DNA from: Octopus sinensis
Taxonomy: Eukaryota
Assembly (NCBI RefSeq): GCF_006345805.1
Contig: NC_042999.1
Coordinates: 127,038,001-127,102,000, forward strand
Reading direction: 5' to 3'
Length of the DNA: 64,000 bases
A program made the translations under genes and the position numbers. Positions 12,710-24,679 of this stretch are shown here, in pieces (position 1 is the first letter of the stretch; each line of letters starts with the position of its first letter). The notes beneath the pieces were generated by a model. The model worked only from the letters and a program-made list of their open reading frames with translations. It was not told the DNA's origin and did not search any database.

Positions 12710-12821
12710 ATACATACGTATGAACATATGAATATTTGGGTAAGTATATATATACACACACATATATATACATATATACATATATATATACACACACATA
12801 ATACATATATACATACATATA

Positions 12822-13117
12822 TCATCATCATCATTTAGCGTCCGTTTTCCATGCTAGCATGGGTTGGACGGTTCTACTGGGGTCTGTGAAGCCAGAAGGC
12901 TTCATCAAGCCCAGTCAAATCTGGCAGTGTTTCTACGGCTGGATGCCCTTCCTAACGCCAACCACTCCGTGAGTGTAGTGGGTGCTTTTTACGTGCCACC
13001 CGCACTGGTGCCAGACAGAGCTGGCAAACGGCCACGAACGGATGGTGCTTTTTATGTGCCACCGGCACGAGGGCCAGGCGAGGCTGGCAACGGACACGAA
13101 ACGGGGCGGTGCTGGTA
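12822..13117 (-). mobile_element. Young RTE-tail repeat (CpG-rich) with tandem units
   Basis: TCATCATCATTTAGCGTCCGTTTTCCATGCTAGCATGGGTTGGACGG...GGATGCCCTTCCTAACGCCAACC...GGTGCTTTTTACGTGCCA. Confidence 0.85.
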
Positions 13118-13118
13118 C

Positions 13119-13355
<237 letters not shown>

Positions 13356-13364
13356 GCAGTAAGG

Positions 13365-13655
13365 GTGTGTGTGGCCTAGTGGTTAAGGTACTACACTTAT
13401 GAGCATGAGATTATGGGTTCAATTCCTTGACTGGGCAACTTGTTTTATTTTTAAGCAAAAATATTTCATCCCATGTTGCTCTGCAATCACTTCAACATCT
13501 GACATACTATGCACCTGTAAAGGAATGTGTCAATTTGTTAGAGGGAGCGAGCTTATGCACAGCACAAACATATGATTACTATAAACAACTGCCAAGGAGG
13601 TTATTTAGCTCGAAATTGCAGAATGGTCCTTCTTGGATTCAAGAAACTACCATTG
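13365..13655 (+). mobile_element. tRNA-derived SINE, family C-like
   Basis: A box TGGCCTAGTGG, B box GGTTCAATTCC, followed by TTAAGCAAAAATATTTCATCCCATGTTGCTC. Confidence 0.7.
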
Positions 13656-13676
13656 GTACATATATATACATTGCAT

Positions 13677-13974
13677 TAAGGATCGTGGGTAAGGCCAGAA
13701 CAATGTGAAATAAATGCAAGGCAAAGCACAAGAAAACAAATATATGAATTAATGTAGACTTACCTTGCATTCAATATTTTGAGATTATAACCTTATTTTC
13801 CATAAATTAATGACTGTTGCTGCATGTCGGCAACATTCATTAATTTCTTGAAAATGGGATCATAACCCTGAAATATTGAATGCAATGTAAGTCTATATTA
13901 ATTCATATATTTGTTTTTTTGTGATTTTCCTTGCATTTATTTCGCATTGTTCTGGCCTTACCCACAATTCTTTA
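13677..13974. mobile_element. Imperfect ~300-bp palindrome (PLE-like inverted pseudo-LTR pair) with a U3-A8 hammerhead-like motif
   Basis: Left arm GTGGGTAAGGCCAGAACAATG... pairs with right arm ...CATTGTTCTGGCCTTACCCAC. The centre is TGTTGC/GCAACA around 13821-13829. The motif lies at 13845-13880. Confidence 0.75.
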
Positions 13975-14040
13975 TATAATATAGTTTACACAGTGCTTAA
14001 TGGTAATTACTCTATTATAATATAAATGTGTATATATATT

Positions 14041-14236
14041 GTTAGCATGCCAGACAAAATGCTTAGTCATAATTCATCTGTTTTCACATCTTCTGAATTC
14101 AAATTCCACCAAGGTTGACTGTGTCTTTCATCCTTTCAGATTGTTAAAATAAGTATCAACCATGCACTGGGATCAATGTAATTCAAATAGCATCCTCTCA
14201 AAAAATTCCAGGCCTTGTGCCTATAGTAGAAAGAAT
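14041..14236 (+). mobile_element. tRNA-derived SINE, family B
   Basis: GTTAGCATGCCAGACAAAATGCTTAG...CTGAATTCAAATTCCACC...CTTTCATCCTTTC...GGCCTTGTGCCTATAGTAGAAAG. Confidence 0.8.
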
Positions 14237-14394
14237 GAAGTGGTTGGAATCAGGCAGGACATCCAGCTGTAGAAACCATGCCAAATCAGATTGGAACCTG
14301 GTGCAGCTCCACAGCTTACCAGTTTTTAATCAAACTGTCTAATCCATGGAAAATAGACATTAAATGATGATGATGATGATGATGATGATAATCA

Positions 14395-14428
<34 letters not shown>

Positions 14429-14431
14429 AAC

Positions 14432-14755
14432 CAATTGCAGCGTGGAAGGTGTTTATAAGCCATTTAAGAAACACACAAAAGCCGTTCGATTCACTCCAAC
14501 ATTTAAGTTTAATTTGTCAAAATATTTTCGTCGCTAAAATCCGCGACCTGTTCACTGACAAAGTCCGTGCTGCAGTGAACAGGTCGCGGATTTTAGCGAC
14601 GAAAATATTTTGACAAATTAAACTTAAATGTTGGAGTGAATCGAACGGCTTTTGTGTGTTTCTTAAATGGCTTATAAACACCTTCCACGCTGCAATTGTT
14701 TTCGTTTCAGCACACGATCTCAGATCAAATTACTTGCTATGCGAGTACATCTCCG

Positions 14756-14757
<2 letters not shown>
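14432..14757. mobile_element. Young PLE-like element: perfect 126-bp inverted repeat (14432-14557 / 14573-14698) plus 3' extension, flanked by (TA)n
   Basis: The arms match base for base by my comparison, with a 15-nt spacer ACAAAGTCCGTGCTG. CpGs are intact and (TA)n lies on both sides. Confidence 0.9.
14513..14562 (-). ncRNA. Putative minimal type I hammerhead ribozyme with swapped G3-C8 core pair
   Basis: Minus strand: UUUGUCA (stem I)-GUGAACA (core 3-9)-G-GUCGC GGAUUUUA GCGAC (stem II)-GAA-AAUAUU (palindromic stem III)-U17-UGACAAA (stem I'). Confidence 0.7.
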
Positions 14758-14801
<44 letters not shown>

Positions 14802-15916
14802 TATATATGTATGTATGTATATATATAGTATGTTGGGCAGAGTTTTCTATGATCAGAAGCCCTTTCTGTTACAAATCCCCACATGTTTCCATGACAAAAA
14901 TAGAGTCAATCCACACTAAACAATTGAGAAAAGAGTAATGTCGACTTAGTTTTCTCTGTTGCTCTCTGTCTGTCTGTGTGTGTCTGTATGTACAAGATGA
15001 TATTGACTATAATGACCCATCTAACCCATGCCAGCATGAATAAAAGGAATGAGAAATGCTAGTGATGGTAGTAGTGGCAGTTAGGAGGAGGAGGCAGCAG
15101 AACAGAGGAGGAGTAGAAGAGGGAGACAGAAGGAGGAATAATGTGGATGAGGAGTAGGAGGAGAAGGATTGTGTGTGTAAACTAACTTAACATAAATATA
15201 TATGGACGCATATACAGTGAACCCTACTGAAAACATACCCCATTAAGCTGGATATTGGATAAACTAGATGAAATATGAGTTAGGAGTGACTGTCAATGTT
15301 TATTTCTGCTTTCATATGTGAATTGCAGTCTTGTAGAGACATATGTATTCTAGATGTGCTATTTGAGCATGGCACACCCACCAAAGATGGTTAATTCATC
15401 AGAAATATTCAGGTCACATACTAATATAATCACAGATCATAACGAGAGACTAATTTCTTCCCCACTGTTATGAAATAGTGCAGCAGTTATTCTGATGTTG
15501 TGCTGCACGTCCCACAGGCAATTGTATCAAGATATGTAAGGGGAAAATAGCAGAACAATGGATGAGTGACAAAAGCCAAACACTGAAGGTGAGCAAATAT
15601 TTCACCAGAGGACACCCTACTTATTTAATTTTATGCCCCCATCACTGATTTGTCTTTCATTCTCATCTGTTATCATCACTTAACATCCACTTTTCCATAC
15701 ATGGTTTAGAAAAAGTTTAAGACAGATTTTTCTGCGGCTGGATACCGTTCTTGTCCCCAACCCTCACCTGTTTCCAAGCAAGGCCATATTTTCCCCTCAC
15801 CAGACATGTTTTCATAGAACATGGGTACGCTTGTCTGACAGTGGCACACATTTACAACTATCATGTGATATCAAAACAAGGAAACAGAAACACACACACA
15901 TACATACATACATACA

Positions 15917-16071
<155 letters not shown>

Positions 16072-16072
16072 C

Positions 16073-16220
16073 AATGGGCTTCTTTCAGTTTCTGTCCACC
16101 AAATCCACTCACGAGGCTTTGGTTGGTGCAAAGGTTTGGTAGAAGATACTTGCCCAAGATGCCACTGAACTCGAAACCAGGTGGTTAGGAAGCAATCTTC
16201 TTACCATAAGCCGTGCTTGC
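16073..16220 (-). mobile_element. SINE family A fragment
   Basis: GGGCTTCTTTCAGTTTCTGTCCACCAAATCCACTCAC...AGAAGATACTTGCCCAAG...TTCTTACCA. Confidence 0.75.
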
Positions 16221-16357
16221 GTCTCTTTATAATAATCCTATTTTTGCTACATCTTGATAAACTTGGTTGCAATTTGTTTTCAAATCTAAAAACATATCCA
16301 GAAATAAAGATTAAATTAAGTCAAAGTTCCTATGCTTATTCATCTTTTATGTTTTGT

Positions 16358-16780
16358 CTTTTACTTATTTCAGTCATTAGACTGCAGCCATGCTGGGGCA
16401 CTGCCTTGAAGAATTTTTAGTGGAATGAACCAACCCAGCACTTAATTTTGTTAAGCCTGATATGTATTCTATTGGTTTCTTTTGGTGAGCTACTAAGCTA
16501 TGGAAGCATAAACACACCAACACTGGTTGTCAAGTGGTGGTGGAAGAACAGACACAGACACAAAGACACACACACACACACACACACACCTGACAGGCTT
16601 CTTTTAGTTTCCGTCTACCAAATCCATTCACAAGGCTACAGGAGAAGACACTTGCTCAGCCTGAGGCTACAGTAGAGGACACTTGCCCAGCCTGAGGCTA
16701 TAATAGGAAACACTTGCCCAAGGTACCACACAGTAGGACAGAACCAAGAACCCCGAGGTTGGAAAGCAAACTTGCCAAGC
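16358..16780 (-). mobile_element. SINE family A, near full length, with internal 3x ~30-bp tandem duplication
   Basis: The tail TTTCAGTCATTAGACTGCAGCCATGCTGGGGCAC is present. GGCTA..G.AGA.ACACTTGC.CAG is repeated three times at ~16635-16720. Confidence 0.8.
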
Positions 16781-17368
16781 TGTAGATCCAGAATGATATC
16801 ACAATGCATGGTATAACAATCACCACCAAATTCAAACATGCACCGCATCACAAAATAAGTGTGTCGCTCCATAATTTTTGTAGATATGTCAGTGGTTTTG
16901 CATCATTCAGGCTTGTGTCTTATACACCCATGGGTGCAAGGAGAGAATAATCTAAAGAAGTATGCAGCCCTTATCCACCATCTTTCCAAAAACAGCCTTG
17001 GGTACCTTTTTGAATTCCATATATCTAACACTTGTCGACATACTTCTAAAATAAAAAAAATTAAAAAAAACACAACCCCCATGACTTTTGGAAAGATTTT
17101 TTCACACTCAGAATTGCTAAAGCTGTTAAGATACTACATCCATCAAAACTTTCATGCTTCCTGAAATTTGCCAACAGTACACCTGATGCTTCCACCCTTG
17201 TTTTTTTTTTTAACAACTTATTCACTGATCACTTCCTGTGCATATTCTATGAACTGTTCATGCAATTTTGGTTACTTTTTCTGATGAGTTTTAATGCACC
17301 TGAGCACCATATTATTATATTATTATATGTGAATCAGAAGCTAAACGGAAGTGATAAGAAAATTATAT

Positions 17369-17760
17369 TCTTTTATTCTTTTACTTGTTTCAGTCATTTG
17401 ACTATGACTATGCTTGAAGGGATTTAGTCAAACAGATTGATCCCAGTACTATTTTTTCTAAGCTTCGCACTTATTCTATTGGTCTCTTTTGCCAAACTGC
17501 TAAGTTACAGGGATGTAAACACACCAACATCATTTGTCAAGTGGTGATCGGGGGGCAAACACATACACAACGACACACACACAGATATATACATATATAT
17601 ATGACGAGCTTCTTTCAGTTTCTGTCAGCCAAATCCACTCACAAGGCTTTGGTCAGCCTGAAGCTATAGTATGGAACACTTGCCCAGGGTACCATGCAGT
17701 GGGACTGAACTGGGAACCATGTAGTAGGGAAGCAAATTTCTTTCCACACAACCACAGCTG
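17369..17760 (-). mobile_element. SINE family A, full length
   Basis: TTCTTTTACTTGTTTCAGTCATTTGAC tail, GCTAAGTTAC, internal CA/TA tract, and head ...TTCCACACAACCAC. Confidence 0.85.
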
Positions 17761-17839
17761 TTGATTCAATGGCAAAAGTTTGTGAAAAGTAGAATGAAGT
17801 TTCAAAGCAAACAGCTTGAGACATGTACAAAAGGAAAGA

Positions 17840-18085
17840 CAAACTCACTGCATTTTCTTTGAAACATAATGTTAATGAAAGGAAATGAACAAAAGTTTGA
17901 GAAGATACAAATCTTGAGGAGGCACTGATGAAGTGGTTTATTTGTCAATGATACTGTGTTATCAACATACAGTGTAGAAATTCAAAGCATTGCTGCCAAC
18001 CTAGCTAGGCTTGTGGGCATCAACAATTTTGGAGTTAATTGACAAGTGGTAATGATGATTTAGAAATGACCAAGGAATTACCAGT
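17840..18085 (+). pseudogene. Decayed pogo/Tigger-like (CENP-B HTH) transposase fragment
   Basis: Reads ERK*TKV*EDTNLEEALMKWF...AANLARLVGINNF, similar to the LEEALxxWF...A..LA..LG...F HTH pattern. Confidence 0.45.
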
Positions 18086-18599
18086 AGTTAAAGTGGGAGT
18101 ACATTATTCATGAAGGAGTTAAATGACTTAAGTGTGAAGGGTATCTAATCACACTTGGCATGTCTAAAGAGCCCTCACAACCCTGCTCAGTTTGCCAAGC
18201 ACTTTACAAAGTGTAAATTTTATCTTGATACCAGCACTTTTGAGATTAGCTTAAAACTCACAAAACCAAAAGGCTTTCATGACTGAGAGTCAGAATAGGA
18301 AAGAGTATGGTAGCTTTAGGTGAGATATTGAGAGGAGTTAAAAATACGAGAGAAGGAACAAGTTGATTGTTGTAAGAGGGTGTTAGTGGAGAAAGTAATA
18401 GATAAGACAGTATTGAGGAGAGGAATAACAAGGGGAAGAAAAAGAAGTGTCAGGAGTTAATGAGAGAGGGAGAAATAGAGAGTAATAAAGATGGTGTGGT
18501 GTGGGTAAAGTAGGTAATTCAGTGCTATCTAAAATTATCAGATGATAAAAGACTGCAAAAAATATCAAGACACTGTTCTGAAACATTCCCATCTAACAT

Positions 18600-19030
18600 A
18601 TGACAGCAAGGGTTCGATGGGAATGTTTATGAGAAAAACGTCTGTAAAATAATGTGTCACTAAGTTGATCTTTAGGCTGCCTATTCCACCAGACTACTAC
18701 ATAGGAAACTTTTCCTCTAATTCTTTGATTTGGTTATGAAAACTTGATTGTTGGCATACAAGAGTTCCAGTAGATAGCAATTCTTGAACTCAATTTTGTG
18801 GCTTTGAGAATTTTTGATAAACAGAAGAGGGCTGAGAACTGAGCCATAATAACCACCTATTGCATACTAAAATTCCGCACTGAAATCATTACTCACTCCT
18901 GCTTTGTTGACAGTAAGCCTGTATATGTATGACTTGTATGGCTTTCACAAACCACACATTTGCATCTAATCTTTTTATTAACTAACAGTCTACAAAGTGT
19001 GGTACTCTTTGGTCAATGAATGATGAATAT
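18600..19030 (-). pseudogene. Decayed RTE LINE reverse-transcriptase fragment
   Basis: The minus strand reads GGYYGSVLSPLLFI...IEFKNCYLLELLYANNQV, equivalent to GVHQGSVLSPLLFI...EEFKxGCPWELLYADDL. Confidence 0.7.
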
Positions 19031-19256
19031 AATTGCTTGCTCTTTGCTTAGAAGGTATAGCTGATGTTAAGATGATATGAGCTCCAATTTATATTAAAGT
19101 TACAGCTGCTAAAATCTATACACACATGTACACAAATAAAGAAAGAGAGAAGAAACATATATATACATATAAATATATATATAAGTAACTAATATATATA
19201 TATAACTAAATAAACACACACACACATATATATATAAAGAAATATAGATTGACAGT

Positions 19257-19338
<82 letters not shown>

Positions 19339-19479
19339 TACATATATGCAGTTAGACCTAGATTAACTGAATGAAATGGGTGGGAAGTATTTTTTCCAGA
19401 TGACTGATTGTAAACAAAGAAATCTACACAGAACATAATTACATAAAAAGAGCATGTTTACAGTATTTCTATGTCATCC

Positions 19480-20209
19480 AATTTATATAATTTTGTACTC
19501 TTGATGCCTTTCACCATGATTTATTGCTCTAATAGTGAGGGTAAATAAGAGTTTTAAGAATTAAAACTGACTGCGACAAATGTACATTTGTTTCACTCTT
19601 AACCAGAGCTTCTCTTAGCATAAAACGATGAACTAAAAGTTATGCTTATATAATTATATTTTGAAAGAGAGAAAGAAAGAAAATAAGGGTAGCATTAGTA
19701 ATTGGGTAGCAGTATAAGGTGTGCAGGGGTGTTATACAATCACGTTGTCTTAATCTGCATAATCTAAAGAAACAAAAGTAGTTTAGTGGAAGATATGGGG
19801 TAGTATGATTGTACAAGAGTTTTATTATAAAAAGGCAATAGGCTGTACAATTGCAAAATTTTTTTTAAAAAACGACAAAAAACTCGATGGTTAAATTGTG
19901 GGAGATCTGAGTTGCTGAAGTTATAAGAAAGAATAGAAAGGTTTGTTGATAAATTTAGGAGATTTTATGAGCCATTTTAATTATCCAAGAGATATGTAAT
20001 CCATTTTGCATGTACACTGTTTGTGGCTTGGCAAGCAGACAATGTATAAAATGAACCAGCATAAACAGAACTTATATTTTCATTATATACATTTATTTCC
20101 TTTATATTTTTATAAGGTGTTGTGGTTATTTGATTATATGAAGAAAGGGAAGATGAGAAGTTTGTTAGCAGGAGGGTTGTTGAAGGTGTATATAAAAGGA
20201 TTACATATA

Positions 20210-20263
<54 letters not shown>

Positions 20264-20600
20264 CATTTTCTGATATTGTATGACTTTAACAGAAATCTGA
20301 GAAACTCATTTGTTTATTAAGTAAAGAGGAGGAGAAGGGTACTTAACCAACTGCTAATTTATTAATATTCATTAGAGAAGTGAGTGAGTTCCTAGTGGTA
20401 AAACTTTAAGTAAACAATATCGTGGTTTATGTGCAGAAATGAATGTGTTGAGTTCAAGGGAGTTGTAAGGAATACCGGTCAGGTTTGTTTATGTAATTGA
20501 GGTGTTATCTGATACAAGCAGTGAATAGGTGATTCATTGTGTTTTATGAGTAACTTAAATAGTGAACATTAAAGTATATTAGTAATTTGTAAGCATCCCT
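19480..20600 (-). pseudogene. Possible heavily decayed Penelope-like element (RT thumb / GIY-YIG remnants, terminal hammerhead-like motif)
   Basis: Scattered minus-strand peptides LNYINK, IYTFNNPP, CQATNSV and QFNHRVF occur in PLE-like order. A motif AUG-CUAAGAGAA-GCUCU..AGAGU-GAAACAAAUGUA-CAU lies at 19621-19580. Confidence 0.35.
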
Positions 20601-21239
20601 TACACTTATTTGTTGTTCTTTTAAACATTATTCTGTTGGGACTGAATATTTCTGTGTTAATTCTGTTGCATTAGTTGATGGATGTAAGATTAATGTTTCT
20701 CTGTGTATATATTTTCTCCACAAGTATTTAGACTTAATATTTTAAGCCTTTTGAGAGAGAATGATTTTATACTCACATGCACACACATAAACATATATAT
20801 ATATTATGATTTTGTTTAGATATGGAAGATTCTAATAACCAGTAGTTAGAACTCGATATACATATGCTTTAGAGTAAAGTGTTAAGTAAGTGCAGAGTAT
20901 AATATTAATTAATAATAATAAGAGAATATGACTCATGTTATCAACTTCATTAGCTTACAACTGTTTCTATTATAAGAAGCAGTACTCTCAGAACTGAGTT
21001 CTTGCACAGCATTCTATAAAATGGAAATGTATGTTTATATCAGAAAGCATTTAAATACATGTTCCTTTGTCACATGCGCGCGTGTGTTTGAATATGCATG
21101 GCCATTGACACAGGCTATGTGGTTAAGAAGTTCACACTTCCCACCCATGTAGTTTTGGGTTCACTCTCTCTTTGTGATATTTTGAGCAAGTGTCTTCAAC
21201 TTGTCCAGTTATCTTTGAAAAAGTTCAAGAGTGTACCTA

Positions 21240-21870
21240 CTTCTTCACAACCATTTTCACTTTATCTGTGTCAGGAAATAATTGTCCCTGAAGACGGTTC
21301 TTCATTGGGCCAAAAAGGTGTGAGTCCAAGGGCACCAAATCCTGGCTGCACAGTGAATGGTGGACTACTGACCAGCTCATTTTTCTAATTCTCTAATTTG
21401 TAGCCAAAGATGTGCACAGTCATGGTGAATAAAGTCATTTTCAGACTCTAGTTTGGTCTCTTCCTCCTAATCACTTCTCTAAGCTTTTTGAGTGTCTCAA
21501 TGTCTCTCTTGCTGTTCACAGGACAGCTATATTTCAGAACATTGAGGAGAATTATGCCCTTCTCATCCAAAAGACAGTCACCATTATGAAGCCTTCAAGA
21601 ATAGATGTAACACCATTCAGTGAATTGAACTTTCATTTCTAGGTCTTAAAGATACATCCACATTTCATCCCTTGTTGCCAGATTCGAGAAAAATGTGCCT
21701 CCATTGGTTTCAAATTCTTCCAGTAAATCAGAGTAAATTTCCACCATTCTGTCTTTTAAGTTGGATGCCAATAATTGAGGTATCCACTTTGCACCCACTT
21801 GTCAATATCAAATGTTTCCCACCATTTTCTGTAATGGAATGTGGCCACTGTCTTATGCATAACATATAGG
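21240..21870 (-). pseudogene. Decayed mariner transposase
   Basis: The minus strand near 21360-21300 reads HSLCSQDLVPLDSHLFGPMK, equivalent to HPPYSPDLAPSDFHLFGPMK. Confidence 0.65.
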
Positions 21871-22565
21871 AATATATTTTTTCTTGAATTTCTGAGTTGG
21901 GAAATTATCATTATTATTACATTGAGACATCTGAATTATTGTCTTCATCATGGTTCTTGTTAGTCACAATGGTTTGGATGCTATACCCTCTGGCTTTATT
22001 CAGAAACCAATCATATTCAATAACATGCTTGAATTTCAAACTAACCTGTTTAATCTATGCTCTCATTCCCTTGTCCATACTAGAATTATTCTCTTTCTCA
22101 TGATACTATGGTTTTTTTTCTGCCTGAACCCAAGTATATATATATATAGGTTAGTACGGTTAAAGGTTGGAATAACCTATGTTAATCCTGGACATACATA
22201 TGCAAGCATATTATGCTCATAGATTACAAGTAATGACGAAAATGAACAAATTTATCAAGAATCAAATTTAAAGTAAATAGAAAATGGAGAACTATTGATC
22301 AACAACAATTGACTTACATAATTATTAATTTTTAATTCAATACAAATAGACTGTATCCCATCTAACAGCTGTTTCTGCTTCCAATGTTATATGGTATTGC
22401 CATTGATATTCTAAAAATAATATTCATCATATTTGGTAATAAATCCAATCTGGATCATGGTGTTTCATCAAAGTGAAGAAAAATACATAAATAAAAGAAA
22501 AGAAAAGAAGAGTTTCGAGGGGAAAAGAAAAGGCTTAATATGTTTAAATCATATATAATTAATAT

Positions 22566-23140
22566 TTGTTGACATAAACCCTCTCTTTCAGGTACCCACA
22601 AGAAAAAAATCCAGGGTAATCAAGCCTGGCGAATGGGAAGGCCGTTCAAAGTAAACCTCACACATGGTTCCAGCAAGATGGGGCAATTGCTCATACTGCA
22701 AGAGAGACAAATGCAGTTGCTACGGCAGTGCTTTAGAGAGAGAATAATCTCCTGCTACAACAATGTCAATTGACCTTCATGTTCCCAGATTTCACTAGCC
22801 CAGATTTAAACTTGTGGGGTTACCTGAAATAGAGGGTTTACATCAACAAATCAGAGCCCCTGGTGCAACTGAAGAAGAACATCAATAGAGAAAACAGTCT
22901 GAAACACTTGAGGGTGTTACGGTGCAAGTTTTGGTAAGAGCACAGGTATGTGAAGCTGAAAATGGCTGCTATTTTAGCGATGTCCTTTTTCATATGTGAT
23001 GTAGAGGTGTTGCAAAATTTGACTTGTGAATATTAATTTCCATTATGCCCTTTATATTGTATCAAAATTTCATGCATTTATTTGTAAAGTTAAGTAGTTA
23101 TTAAAAATTAAAACCCAACAGTGACTTTTGGGACACCCTG
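22566..23140 (+). mobile_element. Tc1/mariner 3' fragment, probably rosa-type (DD41D), with an inverted internal segment
   Basis: WFQQDGAIAHTARET/MQLLRQCFRERIIS...DFTSPDLNLWGYLK*RVY, with about 41 aa between the catalytic Asp residues after frameshift correction. Right TIR GTGACTTTTGGGACACCCTG|TA. Confidence 0.75.
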
Positions 23141-23270
23141 TATATTTAAATATATATGCATATATCCATACATATACGCAGATGTATATGCACGTATACA
23201 TATATATGTGTATATATACATGTATATATATGTATATATGTATATATATATGTATATATATATGTATATA

Positions 23271-23318
<48 letters not shown>

Positions 23319-24348
23319 TATGTGATGCACACACAGAATATTTATATTTATGTTACATTTATACACACACAACACTCATAATTTATATGTATTCATGTGC
23401 TTGTATGTGCATGTTTTTGCATTAAGTATTGTACATACCAATTATATTAAACTTCTATATTTTGTGTGTGTATGAATGCATATATATATGTATATAGAGA
23501 GACTGATAGATAGACACATGCATGATATATATGCATGCGTATGTAATGTGTTTGTGTGTGTGTGTGTTAAAAGATACTGTGTGTGTACATTTACTTTACT
23601 GGTAGTTTCTTTGTGACATCTACCACCTGCATATAAATCTATCTAATAGAAGGCTTTAACAAGTTTCTGCACATGAGCAGCTGTCACTGAGGTCAAACAG
23701 CACAGGTGTCTTTTTGCCTTTGATACAGGGAATTTTTGCAATCATTTAAATTGAACAAAACTTTCATTGTTCTTATTATGTGCAACCACTTGATCCCCAT
23801 GACAAAACCACCGTTTTGATATAGTTTAAATATATTTAAAAAATCATATTAATTTATTTCAAAGACATGAAAGATAAAGTTTTCTGAGTCAGGCAAATAG
23901 ATCTTTCAACAATCAACACCACTCCTTTTGTCATGTCTTAATCATAGCTTTCAAATAATAACATGAACAGTATTGGTATCATGTTTCAGCAATTTACTTC
24001 TCTAACATGTGGTCTCAGCTCAGCTCCTGAACTGCACACATGTACTTTAACTTGGCCTTCAGTTAGCCAAGGCATAAAAAGGTACTCGTATTGCTGACTT
24101 GTAAAAGGCACCTGTGCCAGTGACATGTAAAAGACACCCAGTACATTCTGTGGAGGGGTTGGCATTAGGAAGGGCATCCAGCTGTAGAAACCAAGCCAAA
24201 ACAGACTGGAGCCTGGTGAAGCACTCCGGTTTAACAGCTCCAGTCAAACTGGCTAAACCATGGAAAACAGATTGTTAATGATGATGCTTTGATAGGTGGA
24301 AAATGGAGAGAAACTGTTCAGATGGACCATATCAGTTCATGGACAGTA

Positions 24349-24400
<52 letters not shown>

Positions 24401-24679
24401 TCTTTGGATGTTTTTAATGGAATCATCTTTTTTACAATAATTCAAAGACAAGTTGCTGGACTGAAAAAAAATCATGAATCTTAGTTTCTTTCTCTCTTTC
24501 CGACATCAAACTGGCTGGCTGTGCAAAAAAGGAAGGTTGTGTCCACTACCGCTTAATAAAAAAAGTCCCTTTCTTGGTACCATCAAGTCTCCTTGTCCTA
24601 CACATATAATTTTTACTTTTTATAAAAATAAGCTATTTTTTTTGTGTTTGGTAAATGTGCAGGTACAATAAGCACTAAA

